A stretch of 64,000 nt of DNA from Candidatus Latescibacterota bacterium (GTDB lineage: Bacteria; Latescibacterota; UBA2968; GCA-2709665): contig CBDCOX010000002.1 of NCBI GenBank assembly GCA_965219995.1, positions 2,912,001 through 2,976,000 on the forward strand, written 5' to 3'. Positions 1 to 9,557 of this stretch are shown here, piece by piece; position 1 is the first letter of the stretch; every line of letters begins with the position of its first letter. A model generated the notes under the pieces. It did not search any database. It saw nothing but the letters and a program-made list of their open reading frames with translations, and had not been told where the DNA came from. Made by a program: the position numbers and the translations under genes.

Positions 1-129
1 AGGTTTGCATACCGGGGAATTCCGACACCCTGCTGTAACCTGAATGAGGTATCTTCTCCACCAGAGAGCTGCGTGCAGTGTTCTGTAGACGTATCAAGCC
101 GCTTACCACCACATCCGACGGAGGAACCA

Positions 130-3100
130 ATGTGTCATCAAATCAGGTCGCTGGGTCCGACTGTCGTCCTGTATATCTGTTTGCTTACAGCATCGGACTC
201 CGCATTCGCCCGGACCGACCTGCAGTTCAAGTTGCTGGGCGTCCATCATTCGGGGGTCTACGATGAAGGCGCTGCCGAGATTTCCGCATACGATCCGGCC
301 ACCCATCGCCTGTTCGTTGTCAATGCCAACGCGGCAACGATCGACATCGTCGATATCAGCGAGCCATCCGATCCATCCCTTGTAAATTCAATCAGGGTCT
401 CCGGTTATGGCGCCGCCGTGAACAGCGTCGCGGCCATGAACGGTATCGTGGCGGTTGCGGTGGAAGCCGAACGCGTTCAGGACCCCGGCAAGGTCGTTTT
501 CTTCGACGCCGACGGCGCCGTTCTCAATAGCGTGCATGTGGGTGTCCTGCCGGACATGCTCACATTCTCTCCGGATGGCACGCGGGTTCTGGTGGCCAAC
601 GAAGGGCAGCCCGGCCCGGACTATGCGATCGATCCGGAAGGGAGCGTGAGTATCATCGACCTGTCCGGCGGACCGGGAGCGGCCTCGGTCACCCACGTTA
701 CATTTGCCTCCTTTAATGGACAGGAGGCCCGGCTTCGCAGTCAGGGCGTGCGTATCTTCGGTCCGGGCGCAAGCGCCGCCCAGGACCTGGAACCGGAATA
801 CATCGCCCTGACTCCCGACGGTTCATCCGCGTTCGTTGCATTGCAGGAGAACAACGCCCTGGCTGTGGTGGACGTCGCCGCGGCGTCCGTATCAGCGATC
901 ATACCGCTCGGCTTCAAGGACCACGGCACGCCGGACAACGCGCTCGATGCCAGCGATAGAGATGGCGGCATCCTGATTCGAGAGTGGCCGGTGCTCGGCA
1001 TGTACCAGCCGGACGCAATCGCCGCGTTTGAATCCGGAGGTCGGACATTTGTGATTTCGGCGAACGAGGGGGACTCGCGGGACTATGACGGCTTCAGCGA
1101 AGAAGCCCGCGTTGCCGACCTCATGCTGGATCCCACGGCGTTTCCCAACGCCGCAAGCCTGCAGGATGACGCGCACCTGGGCAGGCTGAAGACGACCACG
1201 AGCCTGGGTGACGGCGACGGCGACGGCGACCACGATCGGCTGTTCGCCTACGGCGGCCGGTCTTTTTCCATCTGGGATGCCAGAGGAAATCTCGTATTCG
1301 ACAGTGGTGACGACTTCGAACGCCGTCTGGCGGATCTGATTCCCGAAGACTTCAACGCCAACAACGATGAAAACGGGTCGTTCGACAGCCGCAGCGACGA
1401 CAAGGGCCCCGAACCCGAGGCCGTGGTTACGGGAACCATCGACAACCGCGTCTACGCCTTCATCGGCCTTGAGCGGGTCGGCGGCGTCATGGTTTACGAT
1501 ATCTCCCTGCCTTCCGCGCCCACGTTCGTCACGTACGTCAACAACAGGGATTTCTCGGCCCGTTTCGACCCGGATGACGCCACCCGCGGCGACCTTGTCC
1601 GCACGGGGGACCTGGGCCCCGAAGGTCTCATCTTCATACCCGCCGCGGACGGCCCGACAGGTGAGCACCTGCTGGCCGTCTCCAACGAGGTGAGCGGATC
1701 GGTCTCCATCTTTCAAATTGTGACGCCCGCGACGCCGGCCCGCGAGTTTACACTCACCATTCTGCACAACAACGACGGCGAATCCCAATTGATAAATGCC
1801 GGCGAAGGGCTGGAGGACTTTGGCGGCGTTGACCGATTCAAGGCGCTGGTAGATCGGCTCAAAGCCGAAGCGCGGATGGACGGCGGGGTGATCATGGTCT
1901 CGTCGGGGGATAACTTCCTCGCGGGCCCGGAGTTCAACGTCAGCCTACGGCGCCCCGAATCCGCCCCCTTCTACGACGCCCTGGCGATGGACCTGATCGG
2001 GTACGATGCCGTCTGCATCGGCAACCACGACTTCGACTTCGGACCGGACGTCCTGGCCAGGTTCATTGCCGGGTACAGCCGCACCCGCCCGCCATATCTC
2101 AGTGCCAACCTCGACTTCGGGGACGAACCGGAACTGGCGGATCTCGTCGCTTCCGGCCGGATTTCCGGGAGCGCGGTCGTCAGAGTCGCCGGCCAACATA
2201 TCGGCATCGTGGGCGCCACGACCCCCGACCTGGCGTTCATCTCCAGTCCACGCAACGTGAGGGTGGACGGCCGGCTGCGGGAAGCCATCCAGGCCGAAGT
2301 GAACGGGCTGGCGCTACGCGGCGTGAACATTGTCGTTCTGATCAGCCACCTCCAGTCCATCAACAACGATCTGGAACTCGCCCGGCAATTGCGGGGCGTG
2401 GACGTCGTGATTGCGGGTGGCGGCGACGACATCCTGGCGAATCCCGGCGCCCGTCTCATTCCCGGCGACGAAGCCGGGATATCCGGACCGTACCCGATAC
2501 TCGAACAGGGCGCTGACGGGAACGACGTCCGCGTTGTCACCACCGCGGGGAATTATCGATACGTGGGCCGGTTCGTGGCCGGTTTCAATGCTGCCGGCGT
2601 CATTGCGTCTGTCGACCGGAACGCCAGCGGACCGGTGCGGGTGGCCGGCGGCGATCAGCCGGATGCCGCGGACCCCGACGCGGAAGTCCGGAAACGGGTC
2701 GTCGCCCCGGTCATCGATGCCCTTGCTTCCCTTGCTTCCAATCCGGTGGGCACGTCGAGCGTTGTGCTCGACGGCGCGAGGCGTAGAATTCGGACCCGGG
2801 AGACCAACGAAGGCAACCTGGTGGCCGACGCCCTCCGATGGCAGAGCGCACAGCTTGCCTCGTCTTTCGGCGTTCCCGTTCCACAGGTCGGCATCGTGAA
2901 CGGAGGGGGAATACGCAACGCCGGCGAAATTCCCGCAGGCGTGATATCCGAACTCACGACCTTCGATATGCTGCCATTTCCCAACTTCGTCACCGTCGTG
3001 CCCGCCGTTCCCGCGGCACAGTTCAGGGAAATCATGGAGAACGCGGTCTCGAAGGTGGAAGAAACCTCGGGGCGATTCGCCCAGATTTCGGGCTTCGCAA

Positions 3101-4065
3101 TGGTCTGGAATCCCGATGGCGTCGCCCAGGAACTGGATGAGAGCGGAAACGTCACGCGACGCGGCGGCCGGATCGTCAACATTACCCTCGACACGGGCGC
3201 AGGCATCGTCGAAAACGGAAACGTCGTATCCGGCGCGCCGGACATTCACGTGGCAACCGTTGACTTCCTCGCCAGGGGCGGTGACCAGTACCCCTATCGG
3301 GGCGCCCGCTTCACTCGTCTGGGCGTGACCTACCAGCAGGCGCTTGTCAATTTCATCAGGGAGGCCCTCGACGGCCGCATCACGGCGGCGGCGTATCCGG
3401 CAGGGGGACGTCGCCGGATTACCACCGGGCAACCGGCGCCGGCGGACGGCCCGAACGTCCGGAGTCGTTCTGTCGTACACGTCATCCTCACGGGAGACGT
3501 CGGGCCGGTACCGGACGCCCGGGTCGAGTTTTCCCGTGCCATCTCCGGCCGCGCGAAGGACTACCGGTGGACGGGAACAACCGATGCCGAAGGCCGCGCA
3601 ACGATAGAAATCCGACCTGAAAGCCGCCGAAGCGTCTCGGGGTACTACGCGGTTCGTGCAGTGGATATCACGGGCAATACGATCTCCAAATGGGAGAGCG
3701 TCCCGATCAACAGCGGGCGGGAAATCACACTCGTCCTGCCGGTGGGTGGCGTCGCCCGCGTGGAGGAGGAACAACTGCCGGCTGCGGAACCCCTGGCGCT
3801 TTACGCGAACACCCCCAACCCGTTCAACCCTTCCACCCGGATTGCCTACCGGATCCCCGAGCCCGGGCAGGTCGCCCTCACGGTTTACAACCTGCTGGGC
3901 CAGCAGGTCCGGGTTCTGGTAAGGGATCACCAGAGCCCGGGCCGGTACGAGGTCCAGTGGGACGGAAGGGACGGGGTCGGGCGTTCCGTTTCCAGCGGCG
4001 TTTATTACTACAGATTGGCGCATCCGGGCGGCACCCTCACCAATCGCATGCTCCTGGTCAAATAA
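130..4065 (+). CDS. Secreted multidomain phosphatase: choice-of-anchor I/atypical alkaline-phosphatase beta-propeller + 5'-nucleotidase (N and C domains) + unknown beta domain + FlgD-Ig (T9SS-like) C-terminal domain
   Basis: Signal peptide; ANEG, DLEPE, RSDDKGPEPE and GDLGPEG motifs of choice-of-anchor I; LHNND, SSGDNF, IGNHDFD and NGGGIR of 5'-nucleotidases; C-terminal NTPNPFNPSTRIAY..VYNLLGQQV..WDGRD..SSGVYYY..MLLVK. ATG at 130 follows GGAGG. Confidence 0.85.
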   Translation: MCHQIRSLGPTVVLYICLLTASDSAFARTDLQFKLLGVHHSGVYDEGAAEISAYDPATHRLFVVNANAATIDIVDISEPSDPSLVNSIRVSGYGAAVNSVAAMNGIVAVAVEAERVQDPGKVVFFDADGAVLNSVHVGVLPDMLTFSPDGTRVLVANEGQPGPDYAIDPEGSVSIIDLSGGPGAASVTHVTFASFNGQEARLRSQGVRIFGPGASAAQDLEPEYIALTPDGSSAFVALQENNALAVVDVAAASVSAIIPLGFKDHGTPDNALDASDRDGGILIREWPVLGMYQPDAIAAFESGGRTFVISANEGDSRDYDGFSEEARVADLMLDPTAFPNAASLQDDAHLGRLKTTTSLGDGDGDGDHDRLFAYGGRSFSIWDARGNLVFDSGDDFERRLADLIPEDFNANNDENGSFDSRSDDKGPEPEAVVTGTIDNRVYAFIGLERVGGVMVYDISLPSAPTFVTYVNNRDFSARFDPDDATRGDLVRTGDLGPEGLIFIPAADGPTGEHLLAVSNEVSGSVSIFQIVTPATPAREFTLTILHNNDGESQLINAGEGLEDFGGVDRFKALVDRLKAEARMDGGVIMVSSGDNFLAGPEFNVSLRRPESAPFYDALAMDLIGYDAVCIGNHDFDFGPDVLARFIAGYSRTRPPYLSANLDFGDEPELADLVASGRISGSAVVRVAGQHIGIVGATTPDLAFISSPRNVRVDGRLREAIQAEVNGLALRGVNIVVLISHLQSINNDLELARQLRGVDVVIAGGGDDILANPGARLIPGDEAGISGPYPILEQGADGNDVRVVTTAGNYRYVGRFVAGFNAAGVIASVDRNASGPVRVAGGDQPDAADPDAEVRKRVVAPVIDALASLASNPVGTSSVVLDGARRRIRTRETNEGNLVADALRWQSAQLASSFGVPVPQVGIVNGGGIRNAGEIPAGVISELTTFDMLPFPNFVTVVPAVPAAQFREIMENAVSKVEETSGRFAQISGFAMVWNPDGVAQELDESGNVTRRGGRIVNITLDTGAGIVENGNVVSGAPDIHVATVDFLARGGDQYPYRGARFTRLGVTYQQALVNFIREALDGRITAAAYPAGGRRRITTGQPAPADGPNVRSRSVVHVILTGDVGPVPDARVEFSRAISGRAKDYRWTGTTDAEGRATIEIRPESRRSVSGYYAVRAVDITGNTISKWESVPINSGREITLVLPVGGVARVEEEQLPAAEPLALYANTPNPFNPSTRIAYRIPEPGQVALTVYNLLGQQVRVLVRDHQSPGRYEVQWDGRDGVGRSVSSGVYYYRLAHPGGTLTNRMLLVK

Positions 4066-4092
4066 CGGTCGGCACAGACCTGGCGCACAGTC

Positions 4093-4129
4093 AAAAAAAC
4101 CGGGCGATCGACATACCGATCGCCCGGTT
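4093..4129. terminator. Rho-independent terminator-like hairpin (U-tract on the minus strand)
   Basis: Perfect 13-bp stem AACCGGGCGATCG/CGATCGCCCGGTT with a 6-nt loop, preceded by an A-run. Confidence 0.65.
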
Positions 4130-4333
4130 CAACTTGCAGAGACCGCGCCGAACGTCTCGCTACGGGCATCTCCCGGTGTGTTGTCCGCGAAATCACCTGA
4201 TTCCACGGATGGCTGCCTGGAACCCCCATCGGATTCTTCTTACGCGCCGCAATTTCCTTGGTCGGATGTGAACATCTGGCGGTCCTTGTGCGCAAGATGC
4301 AGGCCCGTCGGCTGCTTTCCGGCTTCCGTTCAC

Positions 4334-4362
4334 TTGACGAAGGCGTCCGTTTCCGGTATATT
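4334..4362 (+). promoter_or_regulatory. sigma70-type promoter for the RAPP leader/metal-uptake unit
   Basis: TTGACG-N17-TATATT, about 48 nt before ATG 4410. Confidence 0.6.
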
Positions 4363-4409
4363 TTCATGCGAATCCCGGTACGTTCTGTACTCTTCCGGAG
4401 ACGGCAGGG

Positions 4410-4688
4410 ATGTTTTTTTCCTACAAACGGATTCATCCGTTTGTTGTTTTCGCTCTGGCGATATTCGCGGCCTATCTCGCGGTATTTCTGCTTGCCGCGT
4501 ACCCCGGTCACGACCACGACCAGCAACAATGTACTGTCTGCGCCTGGTTCAATAGCCTGAGCTTCGCTTTGCCCGCATTACTGGCGGTGCAGCTCTGCTT
4601 CCTGCACTTCCGTCAATTGTTCTCCTCACGCCGCGCACTTCGCATCTCCTTCCTATTTCCCGAGGAACGCGCTCCACCCGTGTCCTGA
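4410..4688 (+). CDS. DUF2946/CruR-like leader peptide (TM segment, HDHD-QQQ-CTVC, C-terminal RAPP arrest motif)
   Basis: Hydrophobic N-terminus, GHDHDQQQCTVC, ends EERAPPVS; lies directly upstream of the lipoprotein and TonB-dependent receptor. Confidence 0.8.
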   Translation: MFFSYKRIHPFVVFALAIFAAYLAVFLLAAYPGHDHDQQQCTVCAWFNSLSFALPALLAVQLCFLHFRQLFSSRRALRISFLFPEERAPPVS

Positions 4689-4995
4689 ACCATCCTCCCG
4701 TGTCGTCAAGACGCACCCTTCGACGTTTCAACATTGATTCCAACTTAAGTGACTCCGGCTCGGGGCTTGCCCGAATCCGTACATGCGGGGATGCGGGATT
4801 ATCGTGCGTTCGAGTGGCCTTTAGTCCTTAGGGATCGGCATTGTGCCATCCCGGCTTCTTTCCGGAGGTCATCAGCCGCCCAAGGCATTGGCATGTCGAC
4901 AGATTGTCGACCGATATGAAACACGCCTTCCACTCAGGCGGATGCCCACGCGAGTTTTGCGGCAAAATGAAAAAATGGTATACAGGAGAACATTG

Positions 4996-6246
4996 ATGTT
5001 CAGCGCGCTGAAAATCCAAAGATCCCCTCTGTTAATCGCAGCGGCGGCGGTAGCGGTCATCCTGGCCGGCTGCGGAAAAGAAGACCCCATTACGCCACAG
5101 GAAGAGCATTACGAAGCCGAAGGCCTCGTCCTCCTCGACTCCGGCCAGCGATTCTTCCGGTATTTCCAGGGCAGGATCGACTCGGGCGACGGCCGGGCGG
5201 AAGCCCTGGAAGTCCATCACGGCGAAGTCACCGCCAAGTGGAACATCCGCTTCCTGGACGGGGACGGAAACGAAATGGCGCCCCCCACCGGCGAGGGATT
5301 CACTTTCACCTGGGAGATTGAGGACAGGTCAATTGTCGAAGTCGTCCAGGACGAGGGGGAAGCGGGTAAATTCGTCTTTGCCCTGCGCGGCCTGGAAGAT
5401 GGCGAAACCACCATCAGGCTTCAGATCTCGCACGAAGGCCACGTGGACTTCACCACGCTGCCGCTCCCGGTACACGTGGTCGGAGAGTTCGAGGCGGAAG
5501 GGCTTGTCATCATCGAATCCGGCGTTCGATTCTTCCGCTATTTCCAGGGCGAGATCGACTCTGACGAAGGTCGGGTGTCGGAACTCACGGCGCCGATCGG
5601 CCTGACGCCTCACTGGCGCATCGCGTTTCTGGATGAACACGGCGAAGAAATAGACCCGCCGGACGATCCCGAATTCTCGTTCGCCTGGATCATTGCCGAC
5701 TCCGACATCCTCGCAGTCCACCAGGACGAGGGCGACGAGGGCTCGTTCGACTTCCACCTGCGCGGCTTGCACGAGGGCGAGACCACCATTGTATTTGGAG
5801 TCAGACACGAGGGTCACATCGACTTCCGCACACAACCCATCCCCGTGCACGTGGAGTCGCAGGAGGGTCAGCACGAAGAACCCGTGGGCGTGCGGCTCAA
5901 GGAGGAAGACAGCGGTGAGTTGCTCACGCAGGCGCCCTTAAAGGGAGAGGGCACAGCCACCGAAACTCTGACGGTTGCCGCAGGCGACACCACCGACCAC
6001 ATCGCGACCTTCTTCTTCGACGAGCACGACGTGGAATTCCAGCCGGAAGCGCCGGACGAGACGCTGGGCATTGCGGTGGCGGACACCTCGCTGCTCGGAA
6101 TCGATCCGCCCGTAGCGCCCGAATACTGGGCATTCAGACTCATCGGCAAGAAGGCCGGCACGACGACCATTACGCTTTCCATTCTCCACGACGGTGAGGC
6201 CGAGGACGAATTCGCGCCGATTTCCGTGACGATCACCGCACCGTAG
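4996..6246 (+). CDS. Acidic/His-containing lipoprotein with three tandem ~125-aa beta-rich repeats (putative metal-binding partner of the TBDR)
   Basis: AGGAG SD at 4984-4988; lipobox ILAGC; repeats EAEGLV..RFFRYFQG..LRGL.GETTI..HEGH.DF.T.P.PVHV twice, with a degenerate third copy. Confidence 0.8.
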   Translation: MFSALKIQRSPLLIAAAAVAVILAGCGKEDPITPQEEHYEAEGLVLLDSGQRFFRYFQGRIDSGDGRAEALEVHHGEVTAKWNIRFLDGDGNEMAPPTGEGFTFTWEIEDRSIVEVVQDEGEAGKFVFALRGLEDGETTIRLQISHEGHVDFTTLPLPVHVVGEFEAEGLVIIESGVRFFRYFQGEIDSDEGRVSELTAPIGLTPHWRIAFLDEHGEEIDPPDDPEFSFAWIIADSDILAVHQDEGDEGSFDFHLRGLHEGETTIVFGVRHEGHIDFRTQPIPVHVESQEGQHEEPVGVRLKEEDSGELLTQAPLKGEGTATETLTVAAGDTTDHIATFFFDEHDVEFQPEAPDETLGIAVADTSLLGIDPPVAPEYWAFRLIGKKAGTTTITLSILHDGEAEDEFAPISVTITAP

Positions 6247-6269
6247 AATGAAACTCGGCGGGAGGACGA

Positions 6270-8588
6270 GTGCCGTCCTCCCGCCGTCTGCAACGCGGGA
6301 GCACGTCCCAGATGGCTGATGTACACCGCATGATGCGACTGCTTCAGGGCGGCGCCGCCAACCCCTGTTCCGGCAGCCGGTTGTTCGTTGTCGGAGCGGT
6401 GCTGGCGCTGCTGTCCCCGGCCTTTCTTGCGGGCATTGGTTGGACGGATCAGCCTGTGTTGATCGAAGGGTACGTCTTCGACAGCGAGTCCGGACTGCCC
6501 ATCCGGAACGTGAACGTCCAGCCCGCGGGTCCCGCCGCAGGCACGTCTACCGACGAAAAGGGCCGGTTCGTGCTCCATCTCTCAGGGGGTATATACAGGC
6601 TGTCCTTTACCCACGTCGGCTATCAGGATGCGCACTACGACCTGACCGTCTCTGGGGCAAAGCATCCCGTTGTCTATCAGGAACTGGCGCGACTGGACCT
6701 TAAGCTGGATCCCATCGACGTCGTGGCCAGGCGCACCGAAACCCGGTTTGACGAACTCCAGCAGGCCACCCGCGTGCTTTCGGGCGACGAACTCCGGAAG
6801 AAATACAGCATGACGCTGGCCGAAACCATGAAGAACGAACTCGGAGTGGCCATCCGCAGCATGGGTCCGGCGCCCGCCCGTCCGGTCATCCGCGGCCTCA
6901 GCGGCGACCGCGTCCAGATCAACGTCGACGGCATCGAGTCGCAGGACCTCTCATCCACGTCCGCGGACCACGCCGTGACGGTGGAGACGTTCAACGCGGA
7001 ACGGCTGGAAATCATCCGCGGACCCCGAACGCTGCTGCACACGTCTTCGGCCGGCGGCGGCGTTATCAACGTCGTCAAGCACAAGATTCCGGAAATCCGT
7101 CCGGAGCGCTTCTTCGGGAGCGTGGGCGCCTACGGGGAAACGGCGAACCGGGGTTATTTCTCGTCCGCCGCCCTCACCGCGCCCATTGGGCCGCTCGCGC
7201 TATATGCCGAATCCACGTACCGGGATACCCGGGACATCCAGACCCCGGTCGGCAAACTCGCCAATACGCCCATCAACACCCATACCTATACACTCGGACT
7301 GTCCTATGCGCGCGACCGGGGTTATATCGGCGCTTCTTTCGATCAGTTCGAAACGCAATACGGCATTCCAGGCGGATTCATCGGCGCGCATCCCAACGGC
7401 GCGGACCTGGATATCGTACGGCGGGTCTTCGACGGGAAGGCGGTCTACCGGTTCGACGGCGGGACAGCAGACAGGTTCGAGGCGGGCTTCACGAAGGCCT
7501 ATTACTACCACGTCGAGTACGAGTCAAGCGGCAGCATCGGATCCGAGTTCCTCTTTCATGACTACAGTGGAGAACTCAAACTCTACCTGAACACGGGAAA
7601 CCAGGAGCAAAACACCGTTCTCTCTTCCGGTTTTCAACACCGGAACCTGAAACTGGGCGCTTTTGTCTTCACGCCGCCCACGCGAAAGCAGGACCTCAAC
7701 GTCGGGTTGTATCACGAGACGACCTACCGCAATATCGAACTTCAGGCCGCCGCCCGGTACAACTATGCCACCTTCGACCCGCGCCTCCAGACGATCACCA
7801 ACAAGAGCCTGGACATAGACCGCACCTTCCATACATGGTCCGCGGCCTTCAGTCCGCTCGTGCCGGTCACCGACCAGCTGACAGCAGGCGTGAGCCTCAG
7901 CCGTTCCCAGCGCGCCCCCACCATCGAGGAACTCTACAACGAGGGACCGCACCTGGCTGCTTACACCTTTGAGATTGGCAATGTCGAACTCAATGCCGAG
8001 CGCAGTTTCGGCCTGGAGGCCTTCCTCCACTTTCTGCAACCGGGCTTCGATCTGGTCTTCACCGGATTCTGGAACGAGTTCGGCAATTACATCGCGCCTC
8101 GAAACACCGGAGAAATCAACTATGCGCAACTCCTCCCCATCTACGCTGCCGAAGGTATCGACGCGAGAATGACGGGCGTGGAAAGCCACATGAAGTGGCG
8201 TCCGAACGCGCGCCTCGAACTGGAAATGAACCTGAGCCACGTGCGCGGCGAAAACCGGGACGAACGGATGCCCCTTCCCGAAATGCCGCCCCTGAAGTTC
8301 GTGGGCAGCGCGACCTACCGGCACCCAATGCTGACCGGGGGAGGAACCGTGGAATGGGCCGCGGGACAGAAACGCGTGGATACGTACGAAGACCCCACCT
8401 CCGGTTATTCCGTCTTCGGCGTTTACATACAGCGCGACTTCCTCGCGAATCAGGCGCGCCACAGCGTGATCCTCTCCCTTGAGAATCTCTTCGACACGGA
8501 ATACCGGAATCACCTGTCGCGCATCCGCTCGGTGATGCCCGAAACGGGCCGGAGCCTGAAGTTGAACTACAGGATGTATTTCTTCTAG
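6270..8588 (+). CDS. TonB-dependent receptor, ZnuD-like, with N-terminal carboxypeptidase-regulatory-like domain
   Basis: GPAPARPVIRGLSGDRV, SADHAV, IEIIRGP-like plug motif, RAPTIEELYNEGPH, NLFD..Y.NHLS, terminal Phe. Start uncertain (GTG 6270, ATG 6312 or ATG 6330). Confidence 0.9.
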   Translation: MPSSRRLQRGSTSQMADVHRMMRLLQGGAANPCSGSRLFVVGAVLALLSPAFLAGIGWTDQPVLIEGYVFDSESGLPIRNVNVQPAGPAAGTSTDEKGRFVLHLSGGIYRLSFTHVGYQDAHYDLTVSGAKHPVVYQELARLDLKLDPIDVVARRTETRFDELQQATRVLSGDELRKKYSMTLAETMKNELGVAIRSMGPAPARPVIRGLSGDRVQINVDGIESQDLSSTSADHAVTVETFNAERLEIIRGPRTLLHTSSAGGGVINVVKHKIPEIRPERFFGSVGAYGETANRGYFSSAALTAPIGPLALYAESTYRDTRDIQTPVGKLANTPINTHTYTLGLSYARDRGYIGASFDQFETQYGIPGGFIGAHPNGADLDIVRRVFDGKAVYRFDGGTADRFEAGFTKAYYYHVEYESSGSIGSEFLFHDYSGELKLYLNTGNQEQNTVLSSGFQHRNLKLGAFVFTPPTRKQDLNVGLYHETTYRNIELQAAARYNYATFDPRLQTITNKSLDIDRTFHTWSAAFSPLVPVTDQLTAGVSLSRSQRAPTIEELYNEGPHLAAYTFEIGNVELNAERSFGLEAFLHFLQPGFDLVFTGFWNEFGNYIAPRNTGEINYAQLLPIYAAEGIDARMTGVESHMKWRPNARLELEMNLSHVRGENRDERMPLPEMPPLKFVGSATYRHPMLTGGGTVEWAAGQKRVDTYEDPTSGYSVFGVYIQRDFLANQARHSVILSLENLFDTEYRNHLSRIRSVMPETGRSLKLNYRMYFF

Positions 8589-8694
8589 TTTCGAGCAGGC
8601 AACTGCAGCGATTGCGCACGCCACTCCCTCCGATCATGGCAGAGTGATATTCCCCTGAAACGCAGAGCCCCGGACCCAAACGCCGATCCGGGGC

Positions 8695-8754
8695 TTGCAC
8701 TTTTTGATGCCACGCTTTATCTTTTGGAGACCGGAAATCGTGACAATTACGATT
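8695..8754 (+). promoter_or_regulatory. vapBC promoter and candidate antitoxin operator
   Basis: TTGCAC-N17-TATCTT (8695-8723); imperfect palindrome AATCGTGA-CAA-TTACGATT (8736-8754). Confidence 0.5.
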
Positions 8755-8797
8755 CAGTATGCACTCACCATTCCATCGAAAACACTCGAGGTACTCT

Positions 8798-9040
8798 ATG
8801 GCTGAATCAATGATTGATAAGGATGGCCACCTCAGGTTGCCCAAGGAAGTCCGGGAGCACCTGCATTTGAATCCAGGAGATCGACTCAATCTTGTCATTC
8901 AGGACAATGGAGACGTGGTCATAAAACCAAATATGCGAGACGTTCGAGATCTGAAGGGAATTCTGACTCCGGCTTCGCAGTCAGTCACCATTGAGGATAT
9001 GAATCGGGCTATTCGGCAACGAGGCAGCCATACACAATGA
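8798..9040 (+). CDS. vapB: AbrB/MazE/SpoVT-family antitoxin
   Basis: IDKDGHLRLPKEVREHLHLNPGDRL is an AbrB-fold signature; ATGA overlap with the PIN gene. Confidence 0.85.
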   Translation: MAESMIDKDGHLRLPKEVREHLHLNPGDRLNLVIQDNGDVVIKPNMRDVRDLKGILTPASQSVTIEDMNRAIRQRGSHTQ

Positions 9041-9423
9041 TTGGGCTGGATACAAACGTACTGGTTCGTTATCTAACACAAGATGACCCGGAACAGTCGA
9101 GAATTGCAACACGAGAAATCGAAACGAGTGACGAGTCTTTTTTCATCACAACGACTGGATTGTGCGAGCTCGTTTGGGTCTTGGAAACGGCCTATGGATT
9201 TAACCGATCGGCAATTTCGCACACACTGAGCGTAATACTTCAAACACGTCAATTCGTATTTGACGACAAATTACCTCTGGAAAACGCGCTGGACGAATAC
9301 CAACATGAAAAGGGTGATTTTTCGGATTACGTACTTGGCCACAAGAGCAAACTGGCTGGATGCGACAAGACACTCACGTTTGACCGTGCCTTGAAAAATC
9401 ACGCGCTTTTTGAATTATTGTGA
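9037..9423 (+). CDS. vapC: PIN-domain toxin (VapC)
   Basis: MIGLDTNVLVRYL, ELVWVL, DFSD and TFD acidic PIN motifs. Confidence 0.9.
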   Translation: MIGLDTNVLVRYLTQDDPEQSRIATREIETSDESFFITTTGLCELVWVLETAYGFNRSAISHTLSVILQTRQFVFDDKLPLENALDEYQHEKGDFSDYVLGHKSKLAGCDKTLTFDRALKNHALFELL

Positions 9424-9557
9424 AGTTGGCATCCTGCTGCCTTTCATTCAAGTCCACGTCAAACTCAGCTTCGCCATCTAAAATGACGCGACGGATCAAC
9501 CTGAACTATAGCGAAACCCTGATTCCTCGATAACGCGTGTCTGAGCTCAGCCAGCCT

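Noticed and set aside
9511-9531. Short similarity GCGAAACCCTGATTCCTCGAT to 4187-4210
   Set aside because: About 20 nt with gaps and no extension; compatible with chance.
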